Positions 40,956-50,499 of a DNA stretch of 64,000 nucleotides are shown piece after piece (position 1 is the stretch's first letter; each line of letters opens with the position of its first letter). This DNA is from an alpha proteobacterium SCGC AAA288-G21 (GTDB taxonomy: Bacteria > Pseudomonadota > Alphaproteobacteria > Pelagibacterales > Pelagibacteraceae), in the NCBI GenBank assembly GCA_000513075.1, contig AZYC01000001.1, forward strand, positions 11,624 to 75,623. Reading direction: 5' to 3'. The translations under genes were made by a program, and so were the position numbers. Under the pieces are notes generated by a model. It was not told the DNA's origin. It searched no databases and saw only the letters and a list, made by a program, of their open reading frames with translations.

Positions 40956-41873
40956 ATGGGAATTTTTGAAAAATTTAAAATTGGTTTAAATAAAAGTTCT
41001 AAAAATCTCTCTGAAGGTTTTAAAAATTTAGTTATAAATAAAAAAATTGATTCAAAAACTCTTGATAATCTAGAAGATTTTTTAATTGAGTCTGATGTAG
41101 GAGTGGTTTCCGCAAAAGAATTAAAACAAATTTTTGCTGACACTAAGATTGATTCAAAAAAAGATAGTTTAAATCAAGTTAATTTAATCGTTGAAAGTTA
41201 TATTAAAAAATCAATGAAACCACTTGAAAAAAAGATTGTTATTGAAGAAGGTATAAAACCAAAAGTAATACTAATTGCGGGTGTTAATGGAGTAGGAAAA
41301 ACTACGACGATAGGAAAGTTAGGTAAAATATTTTCTAAAGATAGTAAGCAAGTTGTTTTTGCTGCTGCAGATACATTTAGAGCAGCTGCTATTGAGCAAT
41401 TGGAAATTTGGTCAGAAAAAATTGGTGCTAAAATAATTAAATCAGAAACTGGTTCTGATCCGGCATCTGTTGCTTTCAAGGCAATAGAATTTTCAAAAAA
41501 AAACAATATTGATTGTCTCTTAATTGACACTGCAGGCAGACTTCAAAATAAGAAAAATTTAATGGATGAATTAAAAAAAATATCAAAAGTGTTGAAAAAA
41601 ATTGATCCTCATTCTCCTCATGAAACAATATTAATATTAGATGCAACAACTGGACAAAGTGCATTAAACCAAGTTGAAGAATTTCAAAAAATTACTCCTA
41701 TATCTGGATTAATCATGACTAAGCTTGATGGTACCGCAAAAGGAGGAATTTTATTAGCAATTGCTCGAAAATATAATTTACCAATTATTGCAATAGGTTT
41801 AGGTGAAAAAGAAGATGATTTGGAATTATTTAGAGCAGAAGATTATGCTAAAGCTCTAATGTCTTCTAATTGA
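40956..41873 (+). CDS. ftsY: Signal recognition particle receptor FtsY (short form, no acidic A domain)
   Basis: 305 aa. NG domain with GVNGVGKTTT, DTAGR and TKLDGTAKGG. Confidence 0.95.
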   Translation: MGIFEKFKIGLNKSSKNLSEGFKNLVINKKIDSKTLDNLEDFLIESDVGVVSAKELKQIFADTKIDSKKDSLNQVNLIVESYIKKSMKPLEKKIVIEEGIKPKVILIAGVNGVGKTTTIGKLGKIFSKDSKQVVFAAADTFRAAAIEQLEIWSEKIGAKIIKSETGSDPASVAFKAIEFSKKNNIDCLLIDTAGRLQNKKNLMDELKKISKVLKKIDPHSPHETILILDATTGQSALNQVEEFQKITPISGLIMTKLDGTAKGGILLAIARKYNLPIIAIGLGEKEDDLELFRAEDYAKALMSSN

Positions 41874-42441
41874 TTAAATTTATAGAAATTAAAGGTTTGT
41901 AATATTTGCATTTATAAAGTGAATTCATATTTTTAAATCCACAACCTTTAAGTATAGAAGAAATCAAAAAGTTATATTGATTATTTTCTGCCAGTTTCTC
42001 AAGCGTATTACTGTTGATATTGTATTTAAAATTTTTATTTATTGATTTAACTGCACTGATCATAATAATCGTATGATTATCACCTAATAAATAATAAGCA
42101 TAATCTTCAGGAAAAACCGGATATTCATAATTGCTTATTAGAGATTTGGCTTTATTAGGAAACCAATCGTAAGTAATTAATGGTTTCGTTTTTTTTGTTT
42201 TATTATTAAATAGATATAGATCTTGAGGATAGTCGGTAATATAATTAAAATCTTGCCCTTTTGCTAGAACAGCTTTATCTCTAGTTTTAAAAAAAAGCGT
42301 AAATTCTTTATCGTGAGACAGCATTTTTCCAATATTAAAAATTTCTCTAACATCTTGCTTATAAGGAGTAGATTCATTTGAATTTCCTTCTATGTTGAAG
42401 CAAAACAGAAAAAAAAAGATATAAAGTAAAAATTTGTTCAC
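41866..42441 (-). CDS. Hypothetical secreted protein (signal peptide), no recognisable family
   Basis: 191 aa. Hydrophobic N-terminus MNKFLLYIFFFLFCFNIEG. Asn/Tyr/Lys-rich. The 3' end overlaps the ftsY 3' end by 8 nt (convergent). Confidence 0.5.
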   Translation of the reverse strand: MNKFLLYIFFFLFCFNIEGNSNESTPYKQDVREIFNIGKMLSHDKEFTLFFKTRDKAVLAKGQDFNYITDYPQDLYLFNNKTKKTKPLITYDWFPNKAKSLISNYEYPVFPEDYAYYLLGDNHTIIMISAVKSINKNFKYNINSNTLEKLAENNQYNFLISSILKGCGFKNMNSLYKCKYYKPLISINLIN

Positions 42442-42490
42442 AAGACAAAACTAAACTTTATTTGTGAAGCTTATTTGTTTAAATTGTGTC

Positions 42491-43312
42491 TTAATTTAAG
42501 CTTTCTATAAACGATTTTAGTTTTTCTAGAAGCAATTTATTATAATCCATCATATGATCGTCATATTCTGAAAAATAATAAGATTTAGGTAAATTTGCAG
42601 AAGTATAGATCTTTTTTCCCATCTCAAAAGGCACTATGCTATCACTCTTGCCATGCATAACTAGAACGGGAATATAGATATTTTTTATTTTTTTTATGCT
42701 TTCATATCTATCTTTCAATAATAAACTTACAGGAAAGAAAGAATAATATTTTTTTCCCATTTCAACCATCGATGTAAATGGAGATTCCAATATCATTCCT
42801 GCAAAATTTTTATTTTGGGCAATTTCTATTGCAACAGCCGTTCCCAATGACTCACCAAATAAAATAATGTTTTCTTCTTTAATTCCTTTCGATTCAAGCC
42901 AATTTACAGCACTTTGGCCATCATCATAAAGTCCCTTTTCATTTGGTTTACCAGAATTTCCACTAAATCCTCTCCAAGCTATTATTAAAAAGTTTAGTTC
43001 TAAATTTTCAAAATGATTTAGTTTATATATTCGATTTTCCAGAGAACCAGCATTGCCATGGAAAAATAAAATAGTTTTTTTTGCAATATCCTTTTTGTAA
43101 AACCATCCTAGAAGATTATGTTTATCTGAAGTCGTAATAGTAACTTTTTCTATTTTGGGAATTAAATTATTAGCTTCGGTGTAACTATTTACATTTGGAT
43201 GATATAGCAATTTCCCCTGATAAAAGTATAAAAAAATTAACAAAACAAGGTAGATTGAAATAATTAAAATAATAAATTTTGTAAAAAACATTTTATTATT
43301 CAAATTTAGCAA
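42491..43312 (-). CDS. Membrane-anchored alpha/beta hydrolase (Bem46/ABHD13-like)
   Basis: 273 aa. N-terminal TM helix, ..LLYHPN.., HGNAG and nucleophile elbow GESLGT. The start could instead be the internal Met at 43291. Confidence 0.75.
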   Translation of the reverse strand: MLNLNNKMFFTKFIILIISIYLVLLIFLYFYQGKLLYHPNVNSYTEANNLIPKIEKVTITTSDKHNLLGWFYKKDIAKKTILFFHGNAGSLENRIYKLNHFENLELNFLIIAWRGFSGNSGKPNEKGLYDDGQSAVNWLESKGIKEENIILFGESLGTAVAIEIAQNKNFAGMILESPFTSMVEMGKKYYSFFPVSLLLKDRYESIKKIKNIYIPVLVMHGKSDSIVPFEMGKKIYTSANLPKSYYFSEYDDHMMDYNKLLLEKLKSFIESLN

Positions 43313-43329
43313 TAAAAAATAAATTTTTA

Positions 43330-43515
43330 TTATTTTTTAATTGATTTTAAAGAATCATAAATCAAAAGAGATAAGCAGAATATAACTATTATCCAAAAAG
43401 GAAGGCCTCTCCAAAATCCTGCAAGACCCGTGCTTATACTCCAAGCTAAACCAAAAAGAAAAATTGCGACAATTGTAACGCCTAAAAAAATTGTAAACTT
43501 TTCACTAAATTTCAT
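43330..43515 (-). CDS. Small membrane protein (2 predicted TM helices)
   Basis: 61 aa with two hydrophobic stretches. Packed 13 nt downstream of the amidase gene. Confidence 0.45.
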   Translation of the reverse strand: MKFSEKFTIFLGVTIVAIFLFGLAWSISTGLAGFWRGLPFWIIVIFCLSLLIYDSLKSIKK

Positions 43516-43528
43516 AGTTAATACTCTG

Positions 43529-44851
43529 TCATCTTTTAATTTTACTCATCAACCAACTAGCATTCCTGAATAATCTTTCATCATCAAATAAAGACGAAAC
43601 TAGTTGCACACCAACTGGAAGACCATTTTTTCCTTGTAATAAGGGTAAGCTAATACAAGGCATTCCGCAATATGTCCAAACCGTACAAAATATGGGATCG
43701 CCAGTAGATTTTAAACCTTTGGGAGCCTCTCCTGTTGCTGATGGAGTTAAGATTGCATCATAATCGTTAAAAAATTGTTTAAAGTAGGTATTTGCTACAT
43801 CTATCTTGGTCAAAGCATCGTTGTATTCTACAGAAGTGTATTTCATTCCTCTTTCAATAGCCTCTATAATTTTATCACTTAGCTTATTTTTTGACTTATT
43901 ATATTCTCCGGAAAAAGATCTCGCCATATCTGACTCCATAATTATTTTATGCCAATCTGGTATTTTAGCAAAACCCTCTGGTAACTCTATTTCTTCTACC
44001 TGACCTTTAAGTTCATCTTTTATTTCACTAAATCCATCTGCCACATCTTCATCTAGTTTGTCCATAAAAGGTAACTTGATGTAAGCTAATAAAGGTTCCA
44101 TAGGTGGCTTTTGTCTGCTCACGGCTAATAATTTCGGTCTAGGATTTAAAGATGAATCAGGATCTTGCTTGTCATAACCAATAAGCTGCTCGCTAATTAG
44201 TGCTGCATCTTCTATAGAATTAGAAAAAATACCAACTTGGTCCAATGCCTGAGAAATTTGTAACACTAAATGTCGTGAAATTAATCCTTTAGTAGGTTTA
44301 TAGCCTACTACACCGCAGTAGGAAGCTGGTCTAATAACCGATCCGTTAGTTTGACTTCCAATAGCAAGTGGAACCATATGTGAAGCAACAGCTGCAGCCG
44401 ATCCGCTTGATGACCCGCCAGGTGTTCTACTAAGATCGTGAGGATTTTTAGTTTTGCCGGGAGAATAGTATGCAAGCTCAGTTGTTACTGTTTTTCCCAT
44501 GATGATCGCTCCTGCCTGTTTTAATTTTGATACAACTGTACAATCATTCATACTTAGATTTTTCTTATGAATTTCTGTACCGTCCGTAGTTGGCATATCT
44601 TCTGTATCAAAAATATCTTTAATGCCAACAGGTATGCCATGAAGATCTCCGTGTTTACCTGATTGATGTAGTTCATCCGATTTTTTTGCTTGAGCAATGG
44701 CAAGTTCTGGATCAAAGAATTCCCAAGCTTCTACGTCTTTTTCTTTTTTTTTTATTTGTTCTATATAACTTTTAACAAGTTCTTCTGATGTAATTTCTCC
44801 TTTTTTAATGGATTGAACCATTTCTACTGCAGAAGTATTAAGCGTAGACAT
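43529..44851 (-). CDS. Amidase-signature family amidase
   Basis: 440 aa. Amidase signature GGSSSGSAAAVA and a ..GIPVGIKD.. Lys region. Confidence 0.9.
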   Translation of the reverse strand: MSTLNTSAVEMVQSIKKGEITSEELVKSYIEQIKKKEKDVEAWEFFDPELAIAQAKKSDELHQSGKHGDLHGIPVGIKDIFDTEDMPTTDGTEIHKKNLSMNDCTVVSKLKQAGAIIMGKTVTTELAYYSPGKTKNPHDLSRTPGGSSSGSAAAVASHMVPLAIGSQTNGSVIRPASYCGVVGYKPTKGLISRHLVLQISQALDQVGIFSNSIEDAALISEQLIGYDKQDPDSSLNPRPKLLAVSRQKPPMEPLLAYIKLPFMDKLDEDVADGFSEIKDELKGQVEEIELPEGFAKIPDWHKIIMESDMARSFSGEYNKSKNKLSDKIIEAIERGMKYTSVEYNDALTKIDVANTYFKQFFNDYDAILTPSATGEAPKGLKSTGDPIFCTVWTYCGMPCISLPLLQGKNGLPVGVQLVSSLFDDERLFRNASWLMSKIKR

Positions 44852-44856
44852 AAATA

Positions 44857-46203
44857 TTATTTACCAATTCCAAAAAAGAAATCTGGTAAAAATAATGCTA
44901 TCCCTGGGAAATTATACATAAGAACCATAGTAAATATTACTATGAACAAATAGGGCATTATGCTTTTAAAAATTTCTATTAATTCAATTGCATCTCCCAC
45001 AACACCTTTTAAATAATAAGCTGCCATGGCCATGGGTGGAGTTAAAAATGAAGTTTGAAGATTCAAAGCTACTAACATAGCAAAAAAGTAAGGATTAACC
45101 CCAAATGTATCTAACATAGGTAAAAAAATTGGAACAAAGATAATTAATATTTCTGTCCATTCTAGTGGCCATCCCAACAAAAATATTATCAACTGTGCCA
45201 TAACAAGAAATTGCCACGGTTCTAAATTCATTCCAAGAATCCAGTGTTCAACAACCGTATGACCACCCAAATATGAAAAAACAGATGCAAAAGTCCAAGA
45301 GCCCACAAATAACCAGCAGACCATGGCGGTAGTTTTAGCTGTTAAAAAAATTGACTCTTTTAATGTTTTCCAATTAAGCGCTTTATAACAAAAAGCCAAA
45401 AACAATCCTCCAAATGCACCTATTGCGGCAGCTTCAGCAGGAGTAGCTAATCCTAATAAAATTGATCCAAGTACTGATAAGATTAGTAATGCCAAAGGGA
45501 CAAAAGAAGTAAGTAACTGTATAATAATAACTCTTGTCGAAGGTACTTCTTCCTCTAAAGGTTTTGGTGCAATACTTGGATTAAAGTACGCTCGAGTAAC
45601 CACATAGATCATATAAAAGCCCGCTAATAAAAATCCTGGAATAATTGCTGCAGCATAAAGTCTCAACACCGATAACTCTGCTATGGCTGCATAAACGATA
45701 AGCATAATACTTGGAGGAATTAAGATACCTAAAGTTCCGCCAGCACAAATCACTCCTGATGCAAATCCTCGATGATAATTAGCTTTAACCATCGCTGGAA
45801 AAGCTAGCAACCCCATTAAAGTAACCACGGCACCAATAATTCCGCTTGCTGTAGCAAATATTGCGCATGTTGCTAATGCTGCAACAGCCATTGAACCTGG
45901 AAGGTGACGCGTTGCTAATTGTAAACTAAAAAATAATCGATTGACGATATTTGCCCTTTCAACCACATAACCCATAAACAAAAATAAAGGTATGGCAACC
46001 AGGATATCGCTTTCCATAACGGAATATGTGTTCTGATTGAGAAGATAAAAAATTTGGTTATTGAGTAAATTATCTGCTTGAAAATAAGCGTAGTATCCAA
46101 AACCAACACCCATTGAAACAAGGGTAAATGCTATCGGAAATCCTAACAAGACAAGGAAAATAAAAGTCGAAAGCATGAAGATAGCAACTTGTGGGTCTGT
46201 CAT
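44857..46203 (-). CDS. TRAP transporter large permease (DctM/FcbT3-type)
   Basis: 448 aa, polytopic. Follows the small permease with a 0-nt gap. Confidence 0.9.
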   Translation of the reverse strand: MTDPQVAIFMLSTFIFLVLLGFPIAFTLVSMGVGFGYYAYFQADNLLNNQIFYLLNQNTYSVMESDILVAIPLFLFMGYVVERANIVNRLFFSLQLATRHLPGSMAVAALATCAIFATASGIIGAVVTLMGLLAFPAMVKANYHRGFASGVICAGGTLGILIPPSIMLIVYAAIAELSVLRLYAAAIIPGFLLAGFYMIYVVTRAYFNPSIAPKPLEEEVPSTRVIIIQLLTSFVPLALLILSVLGSILLGLATPAEAAAIGAFGGLFLAFCYKALNWKTLKESIFLTAKTTAMVCWLFVGSWTFASVFSYLGGHTVVEHWILGMNLEPWQFLVMAQLIIFLLGWPLEWTEILIIFVPIFLPMLDTFGVNPYFFAMLVALNLQTSFLTPPMAMAAYYLKGVVGDAIELIEIFKSIMPYLFIVIFTMVLMYNFPGIALFLPDFFFGIGK

Positions 46204-46803
46204 TTAACTTCCTTTGCCTAACGCTTTTCTTTGTCTTTGTTCTTCTTCTTGTTGTTTGATTAAATCTTCTTCAGTTTCTCTTACATCTTCGTGTCTTTTC
46301 ATCCATTGGCCCTCTTTGATACACAAAATACATCTCATACATTCTGATATTCCTTGAATAATTAATAGTCCTCCAGCAAGTGGAATTAATGATTTAAAAT
46401 AATAGATTTGAATTCGTGCAGGACTATTCCAACTTACTTCTTTATATCTCCAAGAATCCGATGCAATTTCATAACCAAACCAAAATAGAGCCAGCATTCC
46501 AGGAAAAAAGAAAAATATATAAAGTATTAGATCGAGCCATGCTTGAGTTCGAACTGGAAACAATCGATATAAAACATCGCCTCTAACATGTGCGTCTTGT
46601 GCCAAAGCATAGGGACCTGCCATTAAAAACAATCCTCCATACATTTGAACCATCATATCGAAAACCCAAACTGTAGGAGCATTCAACACATAACGTACAA
46701 AAACTTCGTAAGTGACGGAAAGTGTAAGAACAAGAATACACCATCCAAAGGCCCTTCCGACCCAGATGCTTACACTCTCAAAAAAATAAACAAACTTTTT
46801 CAT
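46204..46803 (-). CDS. TRAP transporter small permease (DctQ/FcbT2-type) with a charged C-terminal tail
   Basis: The start is set at MKKFVYFFESV (ATG 46803). The ORF-track extension to 46878 runs through the hairpin downstream of the binding-protein gene. Four TM segments. Confidence 0.8.
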   Translation of the reverse strand: MKKFVYFFESVSIWVGRAFGWCILVLTLSVTYEVFVRYVLNAPTVWVFDMMVQMYGGLFLMAGPYALAQDAHVRGDVLYRLFPVRTQAWLDLILYIFFFFPGMLALFWFGYEIASDSWRYKEVSWNSPARIQIYYFKSLIPLAGGLLIIQGISECMRCILCIKEGQWMKRHEDVRETEEDLIKQQEEEQRQRKALGKGS

Positions 46804-46854
46804 GAAACCAATGCCCTCGACAAAATATTTTATATAAAACTGAACTAAACTCAA

Positions 46855-46888
46855 TAAAAAAGGGCGACATTTAATCAATGCCGCCCTT
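46855..46888 (-). terminator. Intrinsic terminator/attenuator hairpin between the TRAP binding-protein gene and the permease genes
   Basis: The minus-strand RNA reads AAGGGCG-(15 nt)-CGCCCUU followed by UUUUAUU. It begins about 20 nt after the binding-protein stop. Confidence 0.55.
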
Positions 46889-46907
46889 ATAAACTTAATA
46901 TAAATAT

Positions 46908-48053
46908 TTAAATTGCCTTAGTAGGTTCTCCAAAGTGATGTCTGTATGCCATTCCATAATCAGGTGAATTAAGCAATAAGTATGCCATAACTTTTTTAGC
47001 ATATCCTTTTTGCGATTCCACAACTTTTTTGAAAAATGGATCTGCAGCATTAAACTTTTTCACTATTATATCCCAAGCTTTTAACTGTTCTTGCATGATA
47101 CTATCTGGTGTACGATAAACATTAACACCAAGCTTGTTTTTCAATTTAACAAGGTCATCAGCATACCTTAAAGTATTATGCCAGAAGAAATTTGAGTTTT
47201 CAGCTTCTGAAGCATACTCAAGAATTTTTTGTAATTCTGGAGCAAGACCGTCAAACTTCTTTTTGTTAAATGTGATCTCAAATGCCTCTTGTGATTGATG
47301 AAAACTTGCTAAGTGATAATGTTTTGATACATCTTGCATACCAAAGTCACTATCAGATGTTGGGTTATTAAACTCAGCAGCATCAATTAAACCACTTTTC
47401 ATTGCAGGTTGAATTTCTCCACCTGGTAATTGAACAACTGACATTCCCATTTCACCAAGAACGTCTGCAGCTAATCCCACAGTACGATATTTCAAACCTT
47501 TCATTTGAGAAGCATCTTTGATTTGTTCTTTAAACCACCCTAGCGGTTGAGCTGGCATTGGACTATTAAAGAAACTAACAAGGTTTAATCCTAAGTTACC
47601 CATCAGTTCATTAAATAGTTGCATACCACCACCGTACTGTATCCATCCTAACAACTCTTGAGCACTCCAGCCCCAACAAGGGCCAGTTCCAAAAAGTGAT
47701 GCGGATGCAGCTTTACTATACCAATATGCTGGAACATAATGAGCTCCATCTAGAACCCCTCTGTGAACAGCATCTTGCATTTGACTTGTTTTCACTACAG
47801 AATTTACAGGTAAAAGATCGATCTTCAATTTACCACCAGACATTTCGTTAACTCTTTTAACGTAGGCCTGAGCATTCTCTAGGAAAATTCCACCACCCCA
47901 CGCAGCTTGTACTTTCAATGTTGTTGCAGCAGAAGCAATATTTGGCATTGCTAATGTTGCAGCAGCAGCAGCACCAGTTACAGCGGCAGCTTTAAAGAAC
48001 TTACGTCTTGAAGGAGTTTTCACTCCTTTTAACGTTTTAACTTTCTTTGACAT
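46908..48053 (-). CDS. TRAP transporter periplasmic solute-binding protein (COG4663/FcbT1-like) with a Tat signal
   Basis: 381 aa. Twin-arginine motif SRRKFFKAAAVTGAAAA..ASA. The mature part resembles DctP-family receptors. Confidence 0.88.
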   Translation of the reverse strand: MSKKVKTLKGVKTPSRRKFFKAAAVTGAAAAATLAMPNIASAATTLKVQAAWGGGIFLENAQAYVKRVNEMSGGKLKIDLLPVNSVVKTSQMQDAVHRGVLDGAHYVPAYWYSKAASASLFGTGPCWGWSAQELLGWIQYGGGMQLFNELMGNLGLNLVSFFNSPMPAQPLGWFKEQIKDASQMKGLKYRTVGLAADVLGEMGMSVVQLPGGEIQPAMKSGLIDAAEFNNPTSDSDFGMQDVSKHYHLASFHQSQEAFEITFNKKKFDGLAPELQKILEYASEAENSNFFWHNTLRYADDLVKLKNKLGVNVYRTPDSIMQEQLKAWDIIVKKFNAADPFFKKVVESQKGYAKKVMAYLLLNSPDYGMAYRHHFGEPTKAI

Positions 48054-48164
48054 CAGTTCCCCTCCTATATTGTCATTTAGTTAATTAACTTTATTGAAGT
48101 TAAGCATATCCTTTAATTAGAGTCTTTCTAATAAATAGATAAAAAGCAGTGATAAATATTAGTT

Positions 48165-48194
48165 ATAAAAAATAAATACAACCTTTTGTTGTAT
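48165..48194 (-). terminator. Weak intrinsic terminator after cysK
   Basis: The minus-strand RNA reads AUACAAC-AAAAG-GUUGUAU followed by UUAUUUUUU. It starts 7 nt after the cysK stop. The stem is AT-rich, so strength is uncertain. Confidence 0.45.
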
Positions 48195-48200
48195 TTTTTT

Positions 48201-49202
48201 TTATAACCATTTTGGGTAGGGTAGTCCTTTTTCAGTTAAAAATTTTTTATTAAATAGCTTGCTACGATATATATCAGATTTGTCACACAGAATTGTTACA
48301 ATGGTATGATTGGGACCTAAATCTTTGGCTAATCTTATAGCACCAGCAACGTTGATACCTGTGCTTGTACCTAAACTTAAACCTTCTTTTTCTAACAATT
48401 CAAATAAGACTGTTAAGGCATCATGATCATTAATGGAATATGCATCATCAATTGGAGCTTGTTCGAAATTTTTAGTTACACGACTAGAACCTATACCTTC
48501 AGTAATTGACTTTCCTTCTAATTTTAATTCTCCTTGTTTGATATGATTATAAAGAGCAGATCCTTTTGGATCCGATAAGACAATTTTAATATTCTTATTT
48601 TTTTCTTTAAGAGCTTTACCCACGCCAGCGATAGTTCCTCCCGTTCCCGAGGCACAAATAAAGGCATCAACTTTACCTTCTGTTTGATCCCAAATCTCTG
48701 GGCCTGTAGTTTCGTAATGACCTTTATAATTAGCAATATTATCGAATTGATTTGCCCAAAATACACCTTGTGAATGTTCCTTTTTTAAATCTTCTGCAAG
48801 TTTACCTGAATACTTTACATAATTATTTGGATCCTTATAAGGTTTTGCTGGCACTAAACGTAAGTCGGCACCAATAGACTTAAGAATATCTTTTTTTTCT
48901 TGAGTTTGAGTTTCAGGCATTACAATAATGGTTTTGTAACCTCTGGAATTTCCAATTAAACATAATCCAATTCCAGTATTTCCTGCAGTTCCTTCGACAA
49001 TAGTTCCTCCTTTAGAGATTAATTTTTTCTCCTCTGCATCTTTAATTAAGGCCCAGGCTGCTCTATCTTTAACTGAACCGCCCGGGTTTAAAAATTCAGC
49101 TTTTCCATAAATATTACAACCGGTTAATTCAGAAGGGCCATTTAATTTAATAAGAGGCGTATTTCCTATACCATTAACAAAATTATTAAATGTATTTTTC
49201 AT
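48201..49202 (-). CDS. cysK: PLP-dependent cysteine synthase family protein (CysK / CBS-core / MccA-like; exact activity unresolved)
   Basis: 333 aa. PLP-lysine motif NPGGSVKDRAA and Gly-rich loop SGTGGTIAG. Resembles the CBS-like branch of the family but lacks CBS domains. Confidence 0.85.
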   Translation of the reverse strand: MKNTFNNFVNGIGNTPLIKLNGPSELTGCNIYGKAEFLNPGGSVKDRAAWALIKDAEEKKLISKGGTIVEGTAGNTGIGLCLIGNSRGYKTIIVMPETQTQEKKDILKSIGADLRLVPAKPYKDPNNYVKYSGKLAEDLKKEHSQGVFWANQFDNIANYKGHYETTGPEIWDQTEGKVDAFICASGTGGTIAGVGKALKEKNKNIKIVLSDPKGSALYNHIKQGELKLEGKSITEGIGSSRVTKNFEQAPIDDAYSINDHDALTVLFELLEKEGLSLGTSTGINVAGAIRLAKDLGPNHTIVTILCDKSDIYRSKLFNKKFLTEKGLPYPKWL

Positions 49203-49230
49203 TTAGCCATGATTCATAAATTTTATATCC

Positions 49231-49824
49231 TTAACAAGCAGGAATATCATCCTCATCAATAATCCCATAGGGTTTGAATGAAGTATCTTTAATCTCAGAT
49301 TTAGTCCTAATATTTTTTGCAGGAACCCCAACCATGATAGCATGCTCTGGTACATCACGTGTGACCACAGCATTTGCACCAATTTTAGCAAATTCTCCAA
49401 CTATGATCGGTCCTAAAACTTGTGCTCCAGATCCCACCACAACATTATTTTTTAAGGTTGGATGACGTTTGATTCCTCTTTGTTCACCAGAATTAATACT
49501 AGGCGATATTCCTCCAAGAGTAACAGAGTGATAAAGTGTTACATTATCTTCAATTTTAGAAGTTTCTCCAATTACTACACCCATTCCATGATCGATAAAA
49601 AAGTTTTTTCCTATCTTTGCCGCCGGATGTATTTCTATTCCAGTTAAAAATCTTGAAGATTGAGAAACGATTCTTGCAATTAAAGTAAGTCCGACTTTGG
49701 AAAAAAAATTTGCTATTCGATGAAAAAAAATTGCTTTGACCCCAGGGTAAGTTAGGATAATACCTAGCTTAGATTTAGCCGCAGGATCTCGATCCATAAT
49801 AGATTTTATATACTCGTTCATCAT
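49231..49824 (-). CDS. cysE: Serine O-acetyltransferase (short form)
   Basis: 197 aa. ..DRDPAA.. N-terminus and a hexapeptide-repeat core [38 protein letters not shown]. Confidence 0.92.
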   Translation of the reverse strand: MMNEYIKSIMDRDPAAKSKLGIILTYPGVKAIFFHRIANFFSKVGLTLIARIVSQSSRFLTGIEIHPAAKIGKNFFIDHGMGVVIGETSKIEDNVTLYHSVTLGGISPSINSGEQRGIKRHPTLKNNVVVGSGAQVLGPIIVGEFAKIGANAVVTRDVPEHAIMVGVPAKNIRTKSEIKDTSFKPYGIIDEDDIPAC

Positions 49825-50279
49825 ATGTAATTTAACGGAAGATTGCTGGTTTGTTTAATTTCTTCCATGGAAAAACTAGTTGTAACATCTGATAGATCAA
49901 TTTTATCAGTCAGTTTTTTATAAAATGTATCAAATTTGTCTATACTTGGAACTAATACTTTTAAGAGATAATCAGTTGTTCCGCTCAACCGATAAAATTC
50001 TACAACTTCATCCATTTCTTTAACGCCTTCTATAAATTTTTTTGACCATGCCATATTATGTTGACTTGTTCTGATTTGAACAAAAGCCACAGTGGAAAGA
50101 TTTATTTTTGCTCGATCAATAACAGCTACTTTTTTTTTAATGAATCCTTGCTTATATAATTTATTTATTCTTAGCCAACAAGGTGTTGATGATAAATTTA
50201 CCTTTTTTGACAATTCTGCAACGGGTATGTCTGCATTGATTTGCAATAAGGATAAAATTTTCTTATCTATGTCATCCAT
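49821..50279 (-). CDS. lrp: Lrp/AsnC family transcriptional regulator
   Basis: 152 aa. N-terminal HTH ([37 protein letters not shown]) and a C-terminal RAM domain. The stop overlaps the cysE start (ATGATGA). Confidence 0.9.
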   Translation of the reverse strand: MDDIDKKILSLLQINADIPVAELSKKVNLSSTPCWLRINKLYKQGFIKKKVAVIDRAKINLSTVAFVQIRTSQHNMAWSKKFIEGVKEMDEVVEFYRLSGTTDYLLKVLVPSIDKFDTFYKKLTDKIDLSDVTTSFSMEEIKQTSNLPLNYI

Positions 50280-50402
50280 AATGTTTTATTCTATAATTGT
50301 ATAATAATATAGATTTTTTATCTATAAAATAGTAATATATTGATAATTTTTAACTTATTTTCCTATAAAACTTTACTTTATTAGAATTATATCCTACCAA
50401 TC

Positions 50403-50499
50403 TCATCGAATAGCGCTGATTTAAATCTAATTGCAGGCGCTAAACAAATCTTGCTAAAGCGATGATCTTATTAGGCCACCGCAATAGCCGGTGGTTTTT
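50403..50499 (+). promoter_or_regulatory. Structured 5' leader (riboswitch/attenuator candidate) of the sulfur operon
   Basis: Outer helix TCATCG (50403-08) / CGATGA (50460-65). Inner hairpin AGCGCTG (50412-18) / CAGGCGCT (50434-41). The loop GATTT is complementary to the downstream AAATC, so a pseudoknot is possible. A terminator hairpin follows. A candidate promoter TTGATA-18 nt-TATAAA lies at 50340-50369. Confidence 0.5.
50475..50499 (+). terminator. Intrinsic-terminator-like hairpin inside the leader, about 80 nt upstream of the first start codon
   Basis: CCACCG-caatagc-CGGTGG followed by TTTTT. No plus-strand gene lies upstream that it could terminate. Confidence 0.55.

Noticed and set aside
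49203-49400. Small ORFs overlapping real genes in other frames on the same strand: 49203..49400 within cysE, 48524..48766 within cysK, 45915..46121 within dctM and 16159..16353 within mmsA.
   Set aside because: They are fully nested in genes with strong family signatures and have no motifs. Their composition is dictated by the host gene's codons.
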